Assembly (NCBI GenBank): GCA_027623195.1
Contig: JAQBUT010000001.1
Coordinates: 1 to 64,000 of the forward strand
Reading direction: 5' to 3'
DNA length: 64,000 bases
Source: Chloroflexota bacterium
GTDB lineage: Bacteria > Chloroflexota > Dehalococcoidia > Lucifugimonadales > JADFKI01
Shown: positions 8,079 through 18,418 of the stretch, piece after piece
Layout of the letters: each line of letters begins with the position of its first letter
Position numbering within the stretch: position 1 is the first letter of the stretch
Made by a program: the position numbers and the translations under genes
Notes under the pieces: model-generated
Told to the model about the DNA's origin: nothing
What the model saw: only the letters and a program-made list of their open reading frames with translations
The model's database searches: none

Positions 8079-10325
8079 TTAAGAAGCCGCGTCTGATATG
8101 GCTTTGGAAACCACTGCAGGATTCATCGGTAGCTCTGTCATCCTGGTGCCCACAGCATTGTGAATGGCGTTTGCAACTGCCGCTAGCGGGGGCACAATGC
8201 ATACCTCTCCAACGCCTCTGACTCCGTATGGATGACTAGGGCTTGCCACCTCTACGATGATCGTGTTGATCATCGGAAGGTCCAGGGAGGTAGGCATGCG
8301 ATAGTCCAGCAGGCTGGAATTCATCATCCTGCCTTCGTCGTTCATGTAGTACTCTTCGTTTAGAGCCCAGCCAATTCCCTGCACAACGCCACCCTGAATT
8401 TGGCCCTCCACGTAACTCGGGTGAACCGCCTTGCCAACGTCCTGTGCAGCGGTGTAACGAAGGATGGTTACCTTCCCTGTCTCTGGGTCCACTTCCACGT
8501 CGACCAGGTGCGTCGCGAAGGCGCTACCAGGTCCGGTGGGCTCCAGGTTTGCCCGGCCTACAACAGGACCGCCCAGGCCAGTGAGCCTCTGGGCCAGGTC
8601 CTTAAAGCTGATCTTCAGCTCTGGGTCGGAGCTATGCTGGAACAGACCATTATTGAACTCTATCTGGTTCACATCGGTTTCCCACATTATGGCGGCTCGT
8701 TCAATCATCTGACGCTTGACGTCTTGCGCCGCCTCGAAACTGGCCCAGCCCGTCTTGAAGGCCGCGCCACTTCCGCCTGTCATGGAGGTGTAGCCGATGG
8801 TCTCAGTGTCGCCGACCTGAGGACTCACGTCCTCTACAGGAATGCCCAATACCTCGGCGAACTGCTGTGCTGCCGCAGGCCTGGTGCCACCGATGTCCAT
8901 GGAACCGATTGTAAGATTGACGGTTCCGTCGAAGTTTACGTTGGCGGTAGCGCAGGCAACACCCGCGCCATTCATCCAGAAGCCCGAGGCAACGCCCCGT
9001 CCTCGATTTGCGCCCACGAGAGGCGTCTTGTAATGGTCATGGTCCATTACCGCCTGTACGGTCTCGACGCAGCCGATGGGCGGGTTTACGACGCCGTTGG
9101 CCCTTCGGGTACCTTCCTTCGCCGCGTTCTGCAACCGAAACTCCAGTGGGTCAATAGAAAGCTTATTGCAGATCTCGTCTACGATCTGCTCAACGCCGAA
9201 GGAACCAATAGGGGAACCAGGGGCGCGATACGCTGTGGTCTTGGGCTTATTGTCCACCACGTCGTATCCATCAATCTTCACGTTTTCAAGGTTGTACATC
9301 GAGAAGATGCACTGAGCAGCAGCGCCAACGGGTGAGCCGGGGTACGCGCCAGCTTCAAACTTCAGGTCGGCGTAGGCTGCCGTTAATTTCCCATCATTCG
9401 TCGCGCCCATCTTGATCTTCATGTAGCTGCCAGACGTAGGTCCGGAAGCCTCGAGGACCTCGGCTCGGTTCATCGTGACCTTAACGGGTGCGCCAGTCGC
9501 CCTGGAAAGTGCTGCCGCTACTGGCTCAAGGTAGATGGTGGTCTTGCCGCCGAATCCGCCACCGATCTCCATGGGGACTACCCTGATGCGGGAGGAAGGT
9601 ATGCCCAGGACGCCAGCGGTGCGGTCTCTCATCTGGAAGTGCCCTTGTGAGCTACACCAGACGGTGATGCGGCCGTCGGGCATCCACCAGGCTGTGGCCG
9701 TGTGTGGCTCAATATAGCCCTGGTGTACGGTCTTGGTCCGGAACTCTCTTTCAATGACCACATCGGCCTGCCCGAACCCTGCTTCAATGTCACCCACGCT
9801 CAACTGTATGTGGCTGGCAATGTTGCCCTCGAACTCGTCATGGATTTTAGGGGCGCCGGGCTTCAATGCGTCCTCAACGTTCGTGGCAGAGGGAAGGACT
9901 TCGTATTCAACCTCGATTAACGCCATAGCTTCCTCAGCTGCGTGCACGCTGGCAGCAGCTACGGCCGCAATGGGGTGTCCCTTGTACAGGACCTTGTCCC
10001 CGGCCAGTACGTTATTGCTAAGGAACTTGACGTTTACTGGTAGGCCTGCGGTCAACACCTGCGCTTCATTAGGAAGGGAAGGGAAGTCCGCCGAAGTAAT
10101 GACCGCTCGTACCCCTGGGTAAGCTGCGGCCTTAGATGTATCGATGCTCTTGATGTTCGCGTGGGCATGGGGGCTACGCAACACCTTCCCGAAAATCATT
10201 CCGGGCAGATTCATGTCTGCTCCGTAAAGGGCCTTTCCAGTCACCTTGTCATAACCATCGTGACGAATTGGCCTGGTGCCGACAACGTTGAATTCCTTAT
10301 TGGAAAGGACGATATTCGAAGTCAT
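8079..10325 (-). CDS. Xanthine dehydrogenase/aldehyde oxidoreductase-family molybdopterin-binding large subunit
   Basis: KVTGKALY, RSPHAHA, GGGFGGK, AYRAPG, EGQIQGG and GVGE motifs. Confidence 0.92.
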   Translation of the reverse strand: MTSNIVLSNKEFNVVGTRPIRHDGYDKVTGKALYGADMNLPGMIFGKVLRSPHAHANIKSIDTSKAAAYPGVRAVITSADFPSLPNEAQVLTAGLPVNVKFLSNNVLAGDKVLYKGHPIAAVAAASVHAAEEAMALIEVEYEVLPSATNVEDALKPGAPKIHDEFEGNIASHIQLSVGDIEAGFGQADVVIEREFRTKTVHQGYIEPHTATAWWMPDGRITVWCSSQGHFQMRDRTAGVLGIPSSRIRVVPMEIGGGFGGKTTIYLEPVAAALSRATGAPVKVTMNRAEVLEASGPTSGSYMKIKMGATNDGKLTAAYADLKFEAGAYPGSPVGAAAQCIFSMYNLENVKIDGYDVVDNKPKTTAYRAPGSPIGSFGVEQIVDEICNKLSIDPLEFRLQNAAKEGTRRANGVVNPPIGCVETVQAVMDHDHYKTPLVGANRGRGVASGFWMNGAGVACATANVNFDGTVNLTIGSMDIGGTRPAAAQQFAEVLGIPVEDVSPQVGDTETIGYTSMTGGSGAAFKTGWASFEAAQDVKRQMIERAAIMWETDVNQIEFNNGLFQHSSDPELKISFKDLAQRLTGLGGPVVGRANLEPTGPGSAFATHLVDVEVDPETGKVTILRYTAAQDVGKAVHPSYVEGQIQGGVVQGIGWALNEEYYMNDEGRMMNSSLLDYRMPTSLDLPMINTIIVEVASPSHPYGVRGVGEVCIVPPLAAVANAIHNAVGTRMTELPMNPAVVSKAISDAAS

Positions 10326-10678
10326 ATTTGGGCAGTCCTCCGTAGTACATTTGGGGGCATTTATTGGGCCGATCTAGGCATCCCGCGATATTGTATCACA
10401 ATGGATATACCCCTACTTTATAGTATTGTTAACTTTCTTGTAAACATTGCATTTAAACTCCAAATTCGCCCAGTATTTGCCATAGACAATAAATCTAAGA
10501 TATCCAATCTTCAAACTACCGCAGTAATGCTCCTGCCTACCACAAAAAAACCTATGGGCGAGTCCGCGCGCGTGCGCCCTATGCGACTGAAACCCGATAT
10601 GTTATACTTCGCTCGCTCTTCCCCAAGCACCTATGGGAGGGGCAATTTGCATCTAATTTAAAGCTGAAGGTTCGAGAA

Positions 10679-11899
10679 ATGGCTGCAATGATTGAGCTCA
10701 TACAGGATGGCAGTGTTACCTCCGCTGGAGGGTTCTCCGCTGGCGCGACGTACGCAGGTCTGAAGAGTCAGGAAGACGGCGTGCTGGATCTGGGTATCCT
10801 CCTCTCAGATGTCCCTGCTAATCTAGCCGCTACCTTTTCCACAAATAAGATTCTTTCCCCTTCGGTCGTCCTCAGTAGAGAGCGGGCGATTCGAGGCACG
10901 GCACGAGGCGTTGTGGCCAACAGCGGCTGCGCCAACTGCTGCGTCGGCGGGCAAGGACTGACTGACGCCGAGGAGTTAACGGACCTGGCAGCCAAACACG
11001 TTGGCGTGGACGCTCAGGACATGCTTATCTGCAGTACGGGTATGATTGGCGTCGAACTACCAATGGCGCTGCTTAGGCAGCACGTTAGCAACATCCGCAC
11101 GTCAGGTGACGGGGGACACGACTTCGCACATTGCCTTATGACCACTGACACGCGACGGAAAGAGATCGCGGTGTCGGTTGAGATTGACGGCACTAAGGTG
11201 ACACTGGGCGGAGCGGCCAAGGGCGTGGGCATGATTCACCCCAACATGGCAACCATGCTGGCTTTCGTCTCTACCGATGCCGCTGTCGAGCAGAAATTTT
11301 TGCAGTCCGCGCTAAGTGTGGCTGTGAACTCTTCCTTTAATATGTGCTCGGTGGACGGCGACCAGAGCACCAACGATACGGTGCTAGTCTTCGCCAATGG
11401 TCAAGCCGGCGGCTCAGTCATCGAAGCGGGTTCGGCATCGGCACAGGCCTTCCAGGAAGCGCTCACATACGTATGCATATCGCTAGCCAAGGACATGGTT
11501 CGAGACGGGGAGGGCGCTCAAAAACTTATCGCCGTCACCGTAGACGGTGCCAAGACCCTGGCGGACTCCCGCAAGGCTGCGAGGGAAATCGCATCGTCAT
11601 CTCTGGTCAAGGCTATGGTCCACGGCAACGACCCCAACTGGGGCCGCATAATGATGGCCCTGGGCAAGAGCGGCGCGGACATGGAAGAGTCCAAGATCGA
11701 CATATACATCAACGATATACAGATTGTGCATGAAGGCACTGCCATTCCTTTTCACAACGACGTTGTTGTGAGCGCAATGGCGGGAGCCTCAGAGGTACGC
11801 TTCCGGGTCAGTCTCAACATAGGCGACGCCACGGCTACGGGATGGGGCTGCGACCTGACCGAGGAATACGTAACCTTCAATTCGGCTTACAGCACTTAG
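10679..11899 (+). CDS. argJ: Bifunctional ornithine acetyltransferase/N-acetylglutamate synthase
   Basis: KGVGMIHPNMATML, STNDTV, DGEGA and DPNWGRI motifs. Confidence 0.96.
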   Translation: MAAMIELIQDGSVTSAGGFSAGATYAGLKSQEDGVLDLGILLSDVPANLAATFSTNKILSPSVVLSRERAIRGTARGVVANSGCANCCVGGQGLTDAEELTDLAAKHVGVDAQDMLICSTGMIGVELPMALLRQHVSNIRTSGDGGHDFAHCLMTTDTRRKEIAVSVEIDGTKVTLGGAAKGVGMIHPNMATMLAFVSTDAAVEQKFLQSALSVAVNSSFNMCSVDGDQSTNDTVLVFANGQAGGSVIEAGSASAQAFQEALTYVCISLAKDMVRDGEGAQKLIAVTVDGAKTLADSRKAAREIASSSLVKAMVHGNDPNWGRIMMALGKSGADMEESKIDIYINDIQIVHEGTAIPFHNDVVVSAMAGASEVRFRVSLNIGDATATGWGCDLTEEYVTFNSAYST

Positions 11900-11918
11900 G
11901 CCGGCGAGTAATTCTGAA

Positions 11919-12818
11919 ATGGAATCTCACGCACAAATGCATCCAGAAGTCTTCGACGGCGACGACACGAACGCGAACAACAATTCCGTAAACCGTAACG
12001 ACGAAAATCCCGCTAAGGAGTCACGGCAAAATGGGACGATAGTAGTAAAAATCGGCGGCAGCACTCTGGGCAACCATGACACCACTCTGCAAGACCTTTT
12101 GGAGCTTCAGAGGGAAGGCATGAACCCGGTCGTCGTTCACGGCGGGGGCAAGATCATCAGCGAGTGGATGGAGAAGCAGGGCGTTCGTCCGCGATTCGTC
12201 CGTGGTTTGCGCGTAACGGACGAGCCTAGCTTAGACATCGTGGTGGCCGTACTGACAGGTCTTATCAACAAGAACTTGGTGGCATCGCTGGTCAACATGG
12301 GTGCCAAAGCCATGGGCATAAGCGGCGCCGACGGCGGTATGCTTCGAGCCGAAATCAAAGACTCCGAGCTAGGTCTGGTAGGCAATGTTGTCTCGGTAAA
12401 TACGGATCCCATTTGGGCAATCATGAACGCTGGCTGCATACCTGTGATTGCTCCTGTTGCCATGCTGGTGGGTGAAGACTCACCAGACCACAACAATTTT
12501 GAAGCCACGCTCCTCAATATCAACGCGGACACCGCCGCAGGCGAGATAGCGTCCGCGCTGAACGCCGAGCGCCTGGTTTTCCTTACAGATGTTGACGGAG
12601 TACTAGACAACTCGCGCCGCTTGATCCCTAGACTTACTGAACGCCAGGCCATTGGCCTGATCCGTTCCAATGTAGCGGCCGGAGGAATGATCCCCAAGCT
12701 GGAAGCGTGCGTGACGGCGTTAAAGGCGGGGGGAATCGCCCAGATCATAGACGGGCGCAAGCCTCTGGCGCTGAAAGATACAGTCGCAGGAAAGACATTC
12801 GGAACCCGGGTTGGATAA
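11919..12818 (+). CDS. argB: Acetylglutamate kinase
   Basis: VKIGG, VHGGG, GLRVTD, NINAD and GGMIPKL motifs. Confidence 0.95.
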   Translation: MESHAQMHPEVFDGDDTNANNNSVNRNDENPAKESRQNGTIVVKIGGSTLGNHDTTLQDLLELQREGMNPVVVHGGGKIISEWMEKQGVRPRFVRGLRVTDEPSLDIVVAVLTGLINKNLVASLVNMGAKAMGISGADGGMLRAEIKDSELGLVGNVVSVNTDPIWAIMNAGCIPVIAPVAMLVGEDSPDHNNFEATLLNINADTAAGEIASALNAERLVFLTDVDGVLDNSRRLIPRLTERQAIGLIRSNVAAGGMIPKLEACVTALKAGGIAQIIDGRKPLALKDTVAGKTFGTRVG

Positions 12819-12831
12819 ATAAAGGGGTACG

Positions 12832-15624
12832 ATGGCAGGAAATTACCAGGGCGACAACGGCGGCCCCCCAATCGAATTTAACGCTCAGCAGATACAGGAA
12901 CAGTTGGGCGGTGCTGCAAAGTGGGGAGCGATCATCCTAGGTGTGATCGTCCTCTTTGCACTTTTGTCGTTTTTTCGGTCTGTTTTTGCCGATTGGCTCT
13001 GGTTCGATAACATGGGATTCAAGGGCGTCTTCCTCAAGGTAATAACAACCCGTATCCTTCTTTTCGTAATTGGCGCCATCATATTCGCGGTATTCTCCAG
13101 CGTTAGCATTTACTTCGCGTACAAGCATTCCGACGGCCCCATAACACTGCCGATACCTGAGGATGCCATACCAATTATCAGACGTCTCACGATCTGGGTG
13201 TCTGTCGGGGTCGGAGCGCTGGGCAGCGTAATCTTCGGGGCTGTGCTTGCCTCCCGCTGGGAGATTTTCCTCCGGTTCACCAACTCTGTTCGGTTTAACG
13301 AGGTCGATCCGGTTTTCGGTAGAGAAATCTCCTTTTATATCTTCACCCTGCCCTTGTTGAACTTTATTCAGGGCTGGCTATTGAGCGGGGCCATAGTTAT
13401 ATTGCTGGCAACGGTTGGCCTTTACTTCGTCCGATTCAGCCTCAGAGGCCTTAGCTTTAATTTCACTCCGGAGCTTAGGGTTCAACTGTCAATAATCGGC
13501 GCAATGATACTGTTCGTTATCGCCTGGGGCCACTGGCTGGACCGCTCGAGCCTGCTGCTTTCAGAGCAAGGCGCTATTTTTGGGGCAGCGTACGCGGACA
13601 TTAATGCCAGAATGCCAGCCATGCTTATTCTGACTATCGTAGCCCTGGGTAGCGCAATCCTCATGCTGGTAAACGCCTACATGAAAGGCGTCCGTCCCCT
13701 CGTTGGGGCTATTGCCCTTTGGGTTGTGATGTCGGTGGTACTAGGAGGCGTATGGCCGTCACTGATGCAACAGTTCACCGTAAATCCTAACGAATTCGTT
13801 AAGGAACAGCCCTTTATCGAGCGCAATATCGAGTTCACACGAAAGGGTTTCGGCCTGGACAGAATCTCCGAGGAGTTCTTTCCTGCCCGGACGAATGTCG
13901 ATTCCGACATAATCAGGAGGAATCTTCAGACAATCAACAACATACGCTTGTGGGATTACCGTCCCCTGTCCAGCGTCTACCGTCAGATTCAGCTAATCCG
14001 GCCATATTACGAATTCAAAGACGCCGACGTAGATAGGTACGTTATTGACGGTGAATTGAGGCAGGTACTGCTATCAGCGCGTGAGGTTGCGCCTGAGAAG
14101 CTTGATGCACAAACTCAGAGTTGGACCAACACGAAGCTGGTATATACCCACGGTATAGGCGTGGCCATGAGCCCGGTTACGGAGTTCACGCCAGAGGGCA
14201 GGCCCGAGTTCTTCGCCAAGGACATCCCAGCAGACGGCATGATTCCAATACAGTCAAGCGCCCCAGGCAGTGAGCCCGACGTGGTGGTCACCAACCCAAG
14301 AATTTATTACGGCGAAAACACCCTGAATTACGTGATTGTCAACACTGAGACGGACGAGTTGGATTACCAGACTGAGGAGGGCGACCTCTTCCGCACCAAA
14401 TACACAGGCGCAGGCGGCGTGCGGCTGAGCTCATTTATCAGGCGCGTCGTGTATGCCTGGGAGTTCACGGACATCAATATCCTCATCAGCGGCCAGATTT
14501 CTGGCGAAAGTCGAATTCAGTACAACAGGGCAATCCAGGAGCGTATTCACGCTGTCGCCCCTTTCTTACAACTGGATGAGGACCCGTACATTGTTGCGAC
14601 GAATAACCAGTTCTTCTGGGTTCAGGATGCTTACACGGTAACTGACAGCTACCCGTATTCAGACCCAATCCCCGGCGGCGTTAACTACATGCGAAATAGC
14701 GTCAAGGTCACGGTGGATGCCTTCAGCGGCGAAATGCAATTCCACATTTGGGATACATCTGACCCCATAATTATGACCTACGCCAGTATATTCCCGGACC
14801 TATTCGTCTCAGAAGCCGAAATGTCGGAGGAGATTCTCAGTCACGTTCGTTACCCGACTGACCTCTTCCGAATACAGGCCGAGAGGTACGCCAGGTACCA
14901 CATGCAGGAGCCTCAGAACTTCTACAACAACGAAGACCTATGGGCAATCGCGGAGGAGAAGTTCGGACAGTCGGACACACTGCAGGTAGTGGAGCCATAC
15001 TACGTAATCATGAAGTTGCCCGGCGAAGAGACGGAAGAGTTCGTTCTTCTTATCCCATACACGCCGAATGAACGGCAGAACCTTGTCGGGTGGCTTGCGG
15101 CACGCAGCGACGGCGAACATTACGGCAACTTGGTGGCTTTCAATTTCCCCAAGGACCGCCAACTTGACGGCACGGCACAGGTTGAGGCTCGTATCGACAA
15201 CGACCAGGACATTTCCGCATGGTTCACATTGCGCTGCACCGAAGGCTCTAGTTGCATAAGGGGCAACCTGCTGGTAATTCCTGTGGAGGAGAGCTTGCTT
15301 TACGCTGAGCCTGTGTACATTCAGGCTGAGGGCGTAAGTTTTCCGGAGCTCAAAAAGGTCATCCTGGCCTCTGCCAATAAAGTGGTGATGGAGGACTCTC
15401 TGGACCAGGCCCTGGCGGCATTAACCGGCGACAAGTCTCTGATATCAAGGTCTCTGCCAGATGTTTCGGATCCCGTTGACGGCGGGCCGACGCCCGGTGC
15501 ATCAGAGAACAGCTTCGAGAATGGCGTTGAGGCCCTGCAGAGTGCAATCGAAGCCTTAAAGGACAACCTTTCACAGCTTGAGGAAGCTCTACAGGGTTTG
15601 ACAGATACTTTTAATAATCAGTAA
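12832..15624 (+). CDS. UPF0182 family membrane protein
   Basis: DWLWF, N-terminal TM helices, NIRLWD, YTHG, PRIYYGE and NYMRNSVK motifs. Confidence 0.92.
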   Translation: MAGNYQGDNGGPPIEFNAQQIQEQLGGAAKWGAIILGVIVLFALLSFFRSVFADWLWFDNMGFKGVFLKVITTRILLFVIGAIIFAVFSSVSIYFAYKHSDGPITLPIPEDAIPIIRRLTIWVSVGVGALGSVIFGAVLASRWEIFLRFTNSVRFNEVDPVFGREISFYIFTLPLLNFIQGWLLSGAIVILLATVGLYFVRFSLRGLSFNFTPELRVQLSIIGAMILFVIAWGHWLDRSSLLLSEQGAIFGAAYADINARMPAMLILTIVALGSAILMLVNAYMKGVRPLVGAIALWVVMSVVLGGVWPSLMQQFTVNPNEFVKEQPFIERNIEFTRKGFGLDRISEEFFPARTNVDSDIIRRNLQTINNIRLWDYRPLSSVYRQIQLIRPYYEFKDADVDRYVIDGELRQVLLSAREVAPEKLDAQTQSWTNTKLVYTHGIGVAMSPVTEFTPEGRPEFFAKDIPADGMIPIQSSAPGSEPDVVVTNPRIYYGENTLNYVIVNTETDELDYQTEEGDLFRTKYTGAGGVRLSSFIRRVVYAWEFTDINILISGQISGESRIQYNRAIQERIHAVAPFLQLDEDPYIVATNNQFFWVQDAYTVTDSYPYSDPIPGGVNYMRNSVKVTVDAFSGEMQFHIWDTSDPIIMTYASIFPDLFVSEAEMSEEILSHVRYPTDLFRIQAERYARYHMQEPQNFYNNEDLWAIAEEKFGQSDTLQVVEPYYVIMKLPGEETEEFVLLIPYTPNERQNLVGWLAARSDGEHYGNLVAFNFPKDRQLDGTAQVEARIDNDQDISAWFTLRCTEGSSCIRGNLLVIPVEESLLYAEPVYIQAEGVSFPELKKVILASANKVVMEDSLDQALAALTGDKSLISRSLPDVSDPVDGGPTPGASENSFENGVEALQSAIEALKDNLSQLEEALQGLTDTFNNQ

Positions 15625-15693
15625 CATCCGCTAGTCCCAGGTACGTCGTGTCTTAACGACCATCCCTGGCCAGTAATAAGAGGAGGTAGATCG

Positions 15694-16896
15694 ATGACTT
15701 CTACGGCTGAATGGAAAGAAAAGGAAAGCAAGTACTATATGTTTCTTGTTCGACGACAGCCCATGGTCATCGAACGAGGCGAGGGTACCCACGTCTGGGA
15801 TACCGACGGAAAAGAGTATCTGGACTTCACCTCCGGTTGGGCGGTCAACAACATAGGCCACGCCAACCCCGTGATGGCCGAGGCAATTGCAAATCAGGCA
15901 AAGACGCTTCTGCAAACGTCGAACCAGTTCTACACCATTCCCCAGCTACAGTTGGCCGAGATTCTGGTGGAAAACAGCTGCATGGACAAGGTGTTCTTCT
16001 GCAATAGCGGTGCCGAGGCAAACGAGGGCGCAATTAAGCTGGCTAAAAAGAACGGCAAGAAGCACCGCAACGGCGCGTTCGAGATCATCACGGCGCTAAA
16101 CTCGTTCCATGGTCGGACGATGATGAACGTCGCGGCCACAGGCCAGCCGCACTACCAGGAACTGTTTACGCCCATACCAACAGGCTTTACCCACGTGCCT
16201 TACGACGACATCGAGGCCATCAAACAGGCGACGACAGACCGCACGGTCGCTATCATGATCGAGCCGGTGCAGGGAGAAGGCGGAGTCAACATCCCCTCGG
16301 AGGGTTACCTGCAGCAGGTGCGAGGCTGGTGCGATGAAAACGAGCTGTTGCTGATCTTCGATGAGGTCCAGACAGGACTTGGCCGACTTGGCACGCTGTT
16401 TGGCTACGAGACCTTCGGCGTCGAGCCGGACATCATGACGCTGGCCAAAGGTCTGGGCGGCGGCGTTCCCATCGGCGCATTCATGGCCAAGGACGCAGCT
16501 TGCGCGTTCGATCCCGGCGACCACGGCTCGACGTTCGGCGGCAATGCGCTGACGACTGCTGCGGCTTTCGCCTCCACCAAGTACATTATCGATAACCACA
16601 TACCGGCCCACGCTAAGGAGATGGGTCAGTACCTGGAGCAGGGTCTCCGGCAGATCATGGCCAACCACGAGTTCGTCACAGACGTTCGGGGCATGGGCCT
16701 GCTGTGGGCAGTCCAGTTCAACGCGGACATCACGCCAGCGGTAATGACGGCCTGCAACGAAGCGGGAATTCTGTTGAACCCAATGCGTCCAAACACTGTC
16801 CGCCTGATGCCACCTCTGACCGTATCCAAGGCCGAGATAGACGAGGCGTTGGCGCGACTGGAGAAGGGTCTGATTGAGGCAGTCAAGCAGGGTTAG
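15694..16896 (+). CDS. argD: Acetylornithine aminotransferase
   Basis: NSGAEANE, FHGRT, DEVQTG, TLAKGLGGG and HGSTFGGN motifs; arg operon context. Confidence 0.93.
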   Translation: MTSTAEWKEKESKYYMFLVRRQPMVIERGEGTHVWDTDGKEYLDFTSGWAVNNIGHANPVMAEAIANQAKTLLQTSNQFYTIPQLQLAEILVENSCMDKVFFCNSGAEANEGAIKLAKKNGKKHRNGAFEIITALNSFHGRTMMNVAATGQPHYQELFTPIPTGFTHVPYDDIEAIKQATTDRTVAIMIEPVQGEGGVNIPSEGYLQQVRGWCDENELLLIFDEVQTGLGRLGTLFGYETFGVEPDIMTLAKGLGGGVPIGAFMAKDAACAFDPGDHGSTFGGNALTTAAAFASTKYIIDNHIPAHAKEMGQYLEQGLRQIMANHEFVTDVRGMGLLWAVQFNADITPAVMTACNEAGILLNPMRPNTVRLMPPLTVSKAEIDEALARLEKGLIEAVKQG

Positions 16897-16928
16897 GTCT
16901 TCTCAATAATAATCTCCCAGCTAGGACC

Positions 16929-16971
16929 AAATCAGCGGCCGCGATTAGTTTTTGCGGCCGCTGATTTTTTT
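16929..16971 (+). terminator. Intrinsic terminator after argD
   Basis: ATCAGCGGCCGC..GCGGCCGCTGAT followed by a T-run. Confidence 0.8.
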
Positions 16972-17074
16972 GCGTAGGAATGGTCATTGGGATAGAATCA
17001 TTCTGCGTATAAAACGGGGCCGTCCTACAAACCCAATTTAGATTGTAAGCACGAAATAATTCGCGGAGCATTTG

Positions 17075-18337
17075 ATGAACTGGCGGGAACTTAAAGAGAA
17101 GAACATTGACGTCGTAGCGGGAGCCGTCTCCGGCGGTCTCGACAGTTGCACCGTGGCGCACTGGCTCCAGGGCAAGGGCTTCGGCGTTCACTGCTACACA
17201 GTGGACCTTGGACAGCCCGACGAGGAAAACCTGGATGCGGTTAAAGAGCGCATGCTGGGCTGCGGAGCCGAAAGCGCCAGCATAATCGACGGCCAGCAGC
17301 CTCTCGCTGAAGCCGGCCTAAAGGTCATTCAGGCGCAGGCCCGGTACGAAGGCGGTTACTGGAACACCACCGGCATCGCCAGGCCCATCACAGTGGCGGC
17401 CATTCTACCGGAGCTGAGGAAGCAGAACGTCGGGACGCTGTTCCACGGCGCCACAGGACGCGGCAACGACCAGGTACGCTTCCAGCTTGCCACCAACACG
17501 CTTGACCCATCCATGGAGATGTACGCACCGTGGCGGGACCCGTACTTCATCGCCGACTTTCCCGGACGCAAACAGATGATTGAATACTGCGAGGCCAATA
17601 ACCTTCCGATTCGGCCTTCGCGAGAGTCGCGTTACTCCACCGACGCCAACTTCCTGGGGCTTACTCATGAGGCTGGCGACCTGGAAGACGTAACGATATC
17701 ACCCAGCTTCGTGGAGCCGGGCATGGGCGTATGGCCGTGGGACGCTCCAGACGAGTACGAAGTCGTGGTCATACGCTGGGAGAGAGGCATACCAGTCTCC
17801 CTGAACGGCGAAGGCCTGACCCTGGTGGACGTGTTCAAGCGCGCTAATGCCGTCGCGGGCAAGCACGCGGTAGGCATAGGTACCCACGTAATCGAGAACC
17901 GCTTCGTTGGAGTAAAGTCCAGGGGCATTTACGAGTCACCCGGCATGGAACTGTTAGGCCGTTCCTACGAGTTCCTCATGCAGTTCATCCTGGACCGCAG
18001 GGCTAGAGAGTTGTTCGACCACCTGGGCAACGTCATCAGCACGCAGATATACCAGGGCTACTGGCTGGACCTGGCAACGACGTCAGCCTTAGCTGCCCTT
18101 GAGCCAATGACAAGACTGGCCACTGGCACCATCGCGGTACGCCTGTACAAAGGCGACCTGTTCTTCGAGACGGCGGAGGACACGCCGGAAGCAATGCCCC
18201 ATTCGCTTTACACAGACGACTCTTCCATGGAGGCCATGGGCTCCTACGACCACGCAGACGCCGAGGGCTTTTTGAAAGTGCTGGGCATATCGTCAAAGAA
18301 TGTAGGTTCAAAGCAGTTTGACGAACTGGGGAGATAA
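17075..18337 (+). CDS. argG: Argininosuccinate synthase
   Basis: SGGLDS, HGATGRGNDQVRF, YSTDAN and ENRFVGVKSRGIYE motifs. Confidence 0.95.
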   Translation: MNWRELKEKNIDVVAGAVSGGLDSCTVAHWLQGKGFGVHCYTVDLGQPDEENLDAVKERMLGCGAESASIIDGQQPLAEAGLKVIQAQARYEGGYWNTTGIARPITVAAILPELRKQNVGTLFHGATGRGNDQVRFQLATNTLDPSMEMYAPWRDPYFIADFPGRKQMIEYCEANNLPIRPSRESRYSTDANFLGLTHEAGDLEDVTISPSFVEPGMGVWPWDAPDEYEVVVIRWERGIPVSLNGEGLTLVDVFKRANAVAGKHAVGIGTHVIENRFVGVKSRGIYESPGMELLGRSYEFLMQFILDRRARELFDHLGNVISTQIYQGYWLDLATTSALAALEPMTRLATGTIAVRLYKGDLFFETAEDTPEAMPHSLYTDDSSMEAMGSYDHADAEGFLKVLGISSKNVGSKQFDELGR

Positions 18338-18418
18338 GGCTTAATAACCTGCTGATAAAAAACGGGGTAGCGCCCAAATAAACCATCCAAATTAAGAAAA
18401 GGTAAAGAGAACAAAAAG

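Noticed and set aside
10640..10665. ARG box upstream of argJ
   Set aside because: Only a half-site (TGCAT) match and no second box
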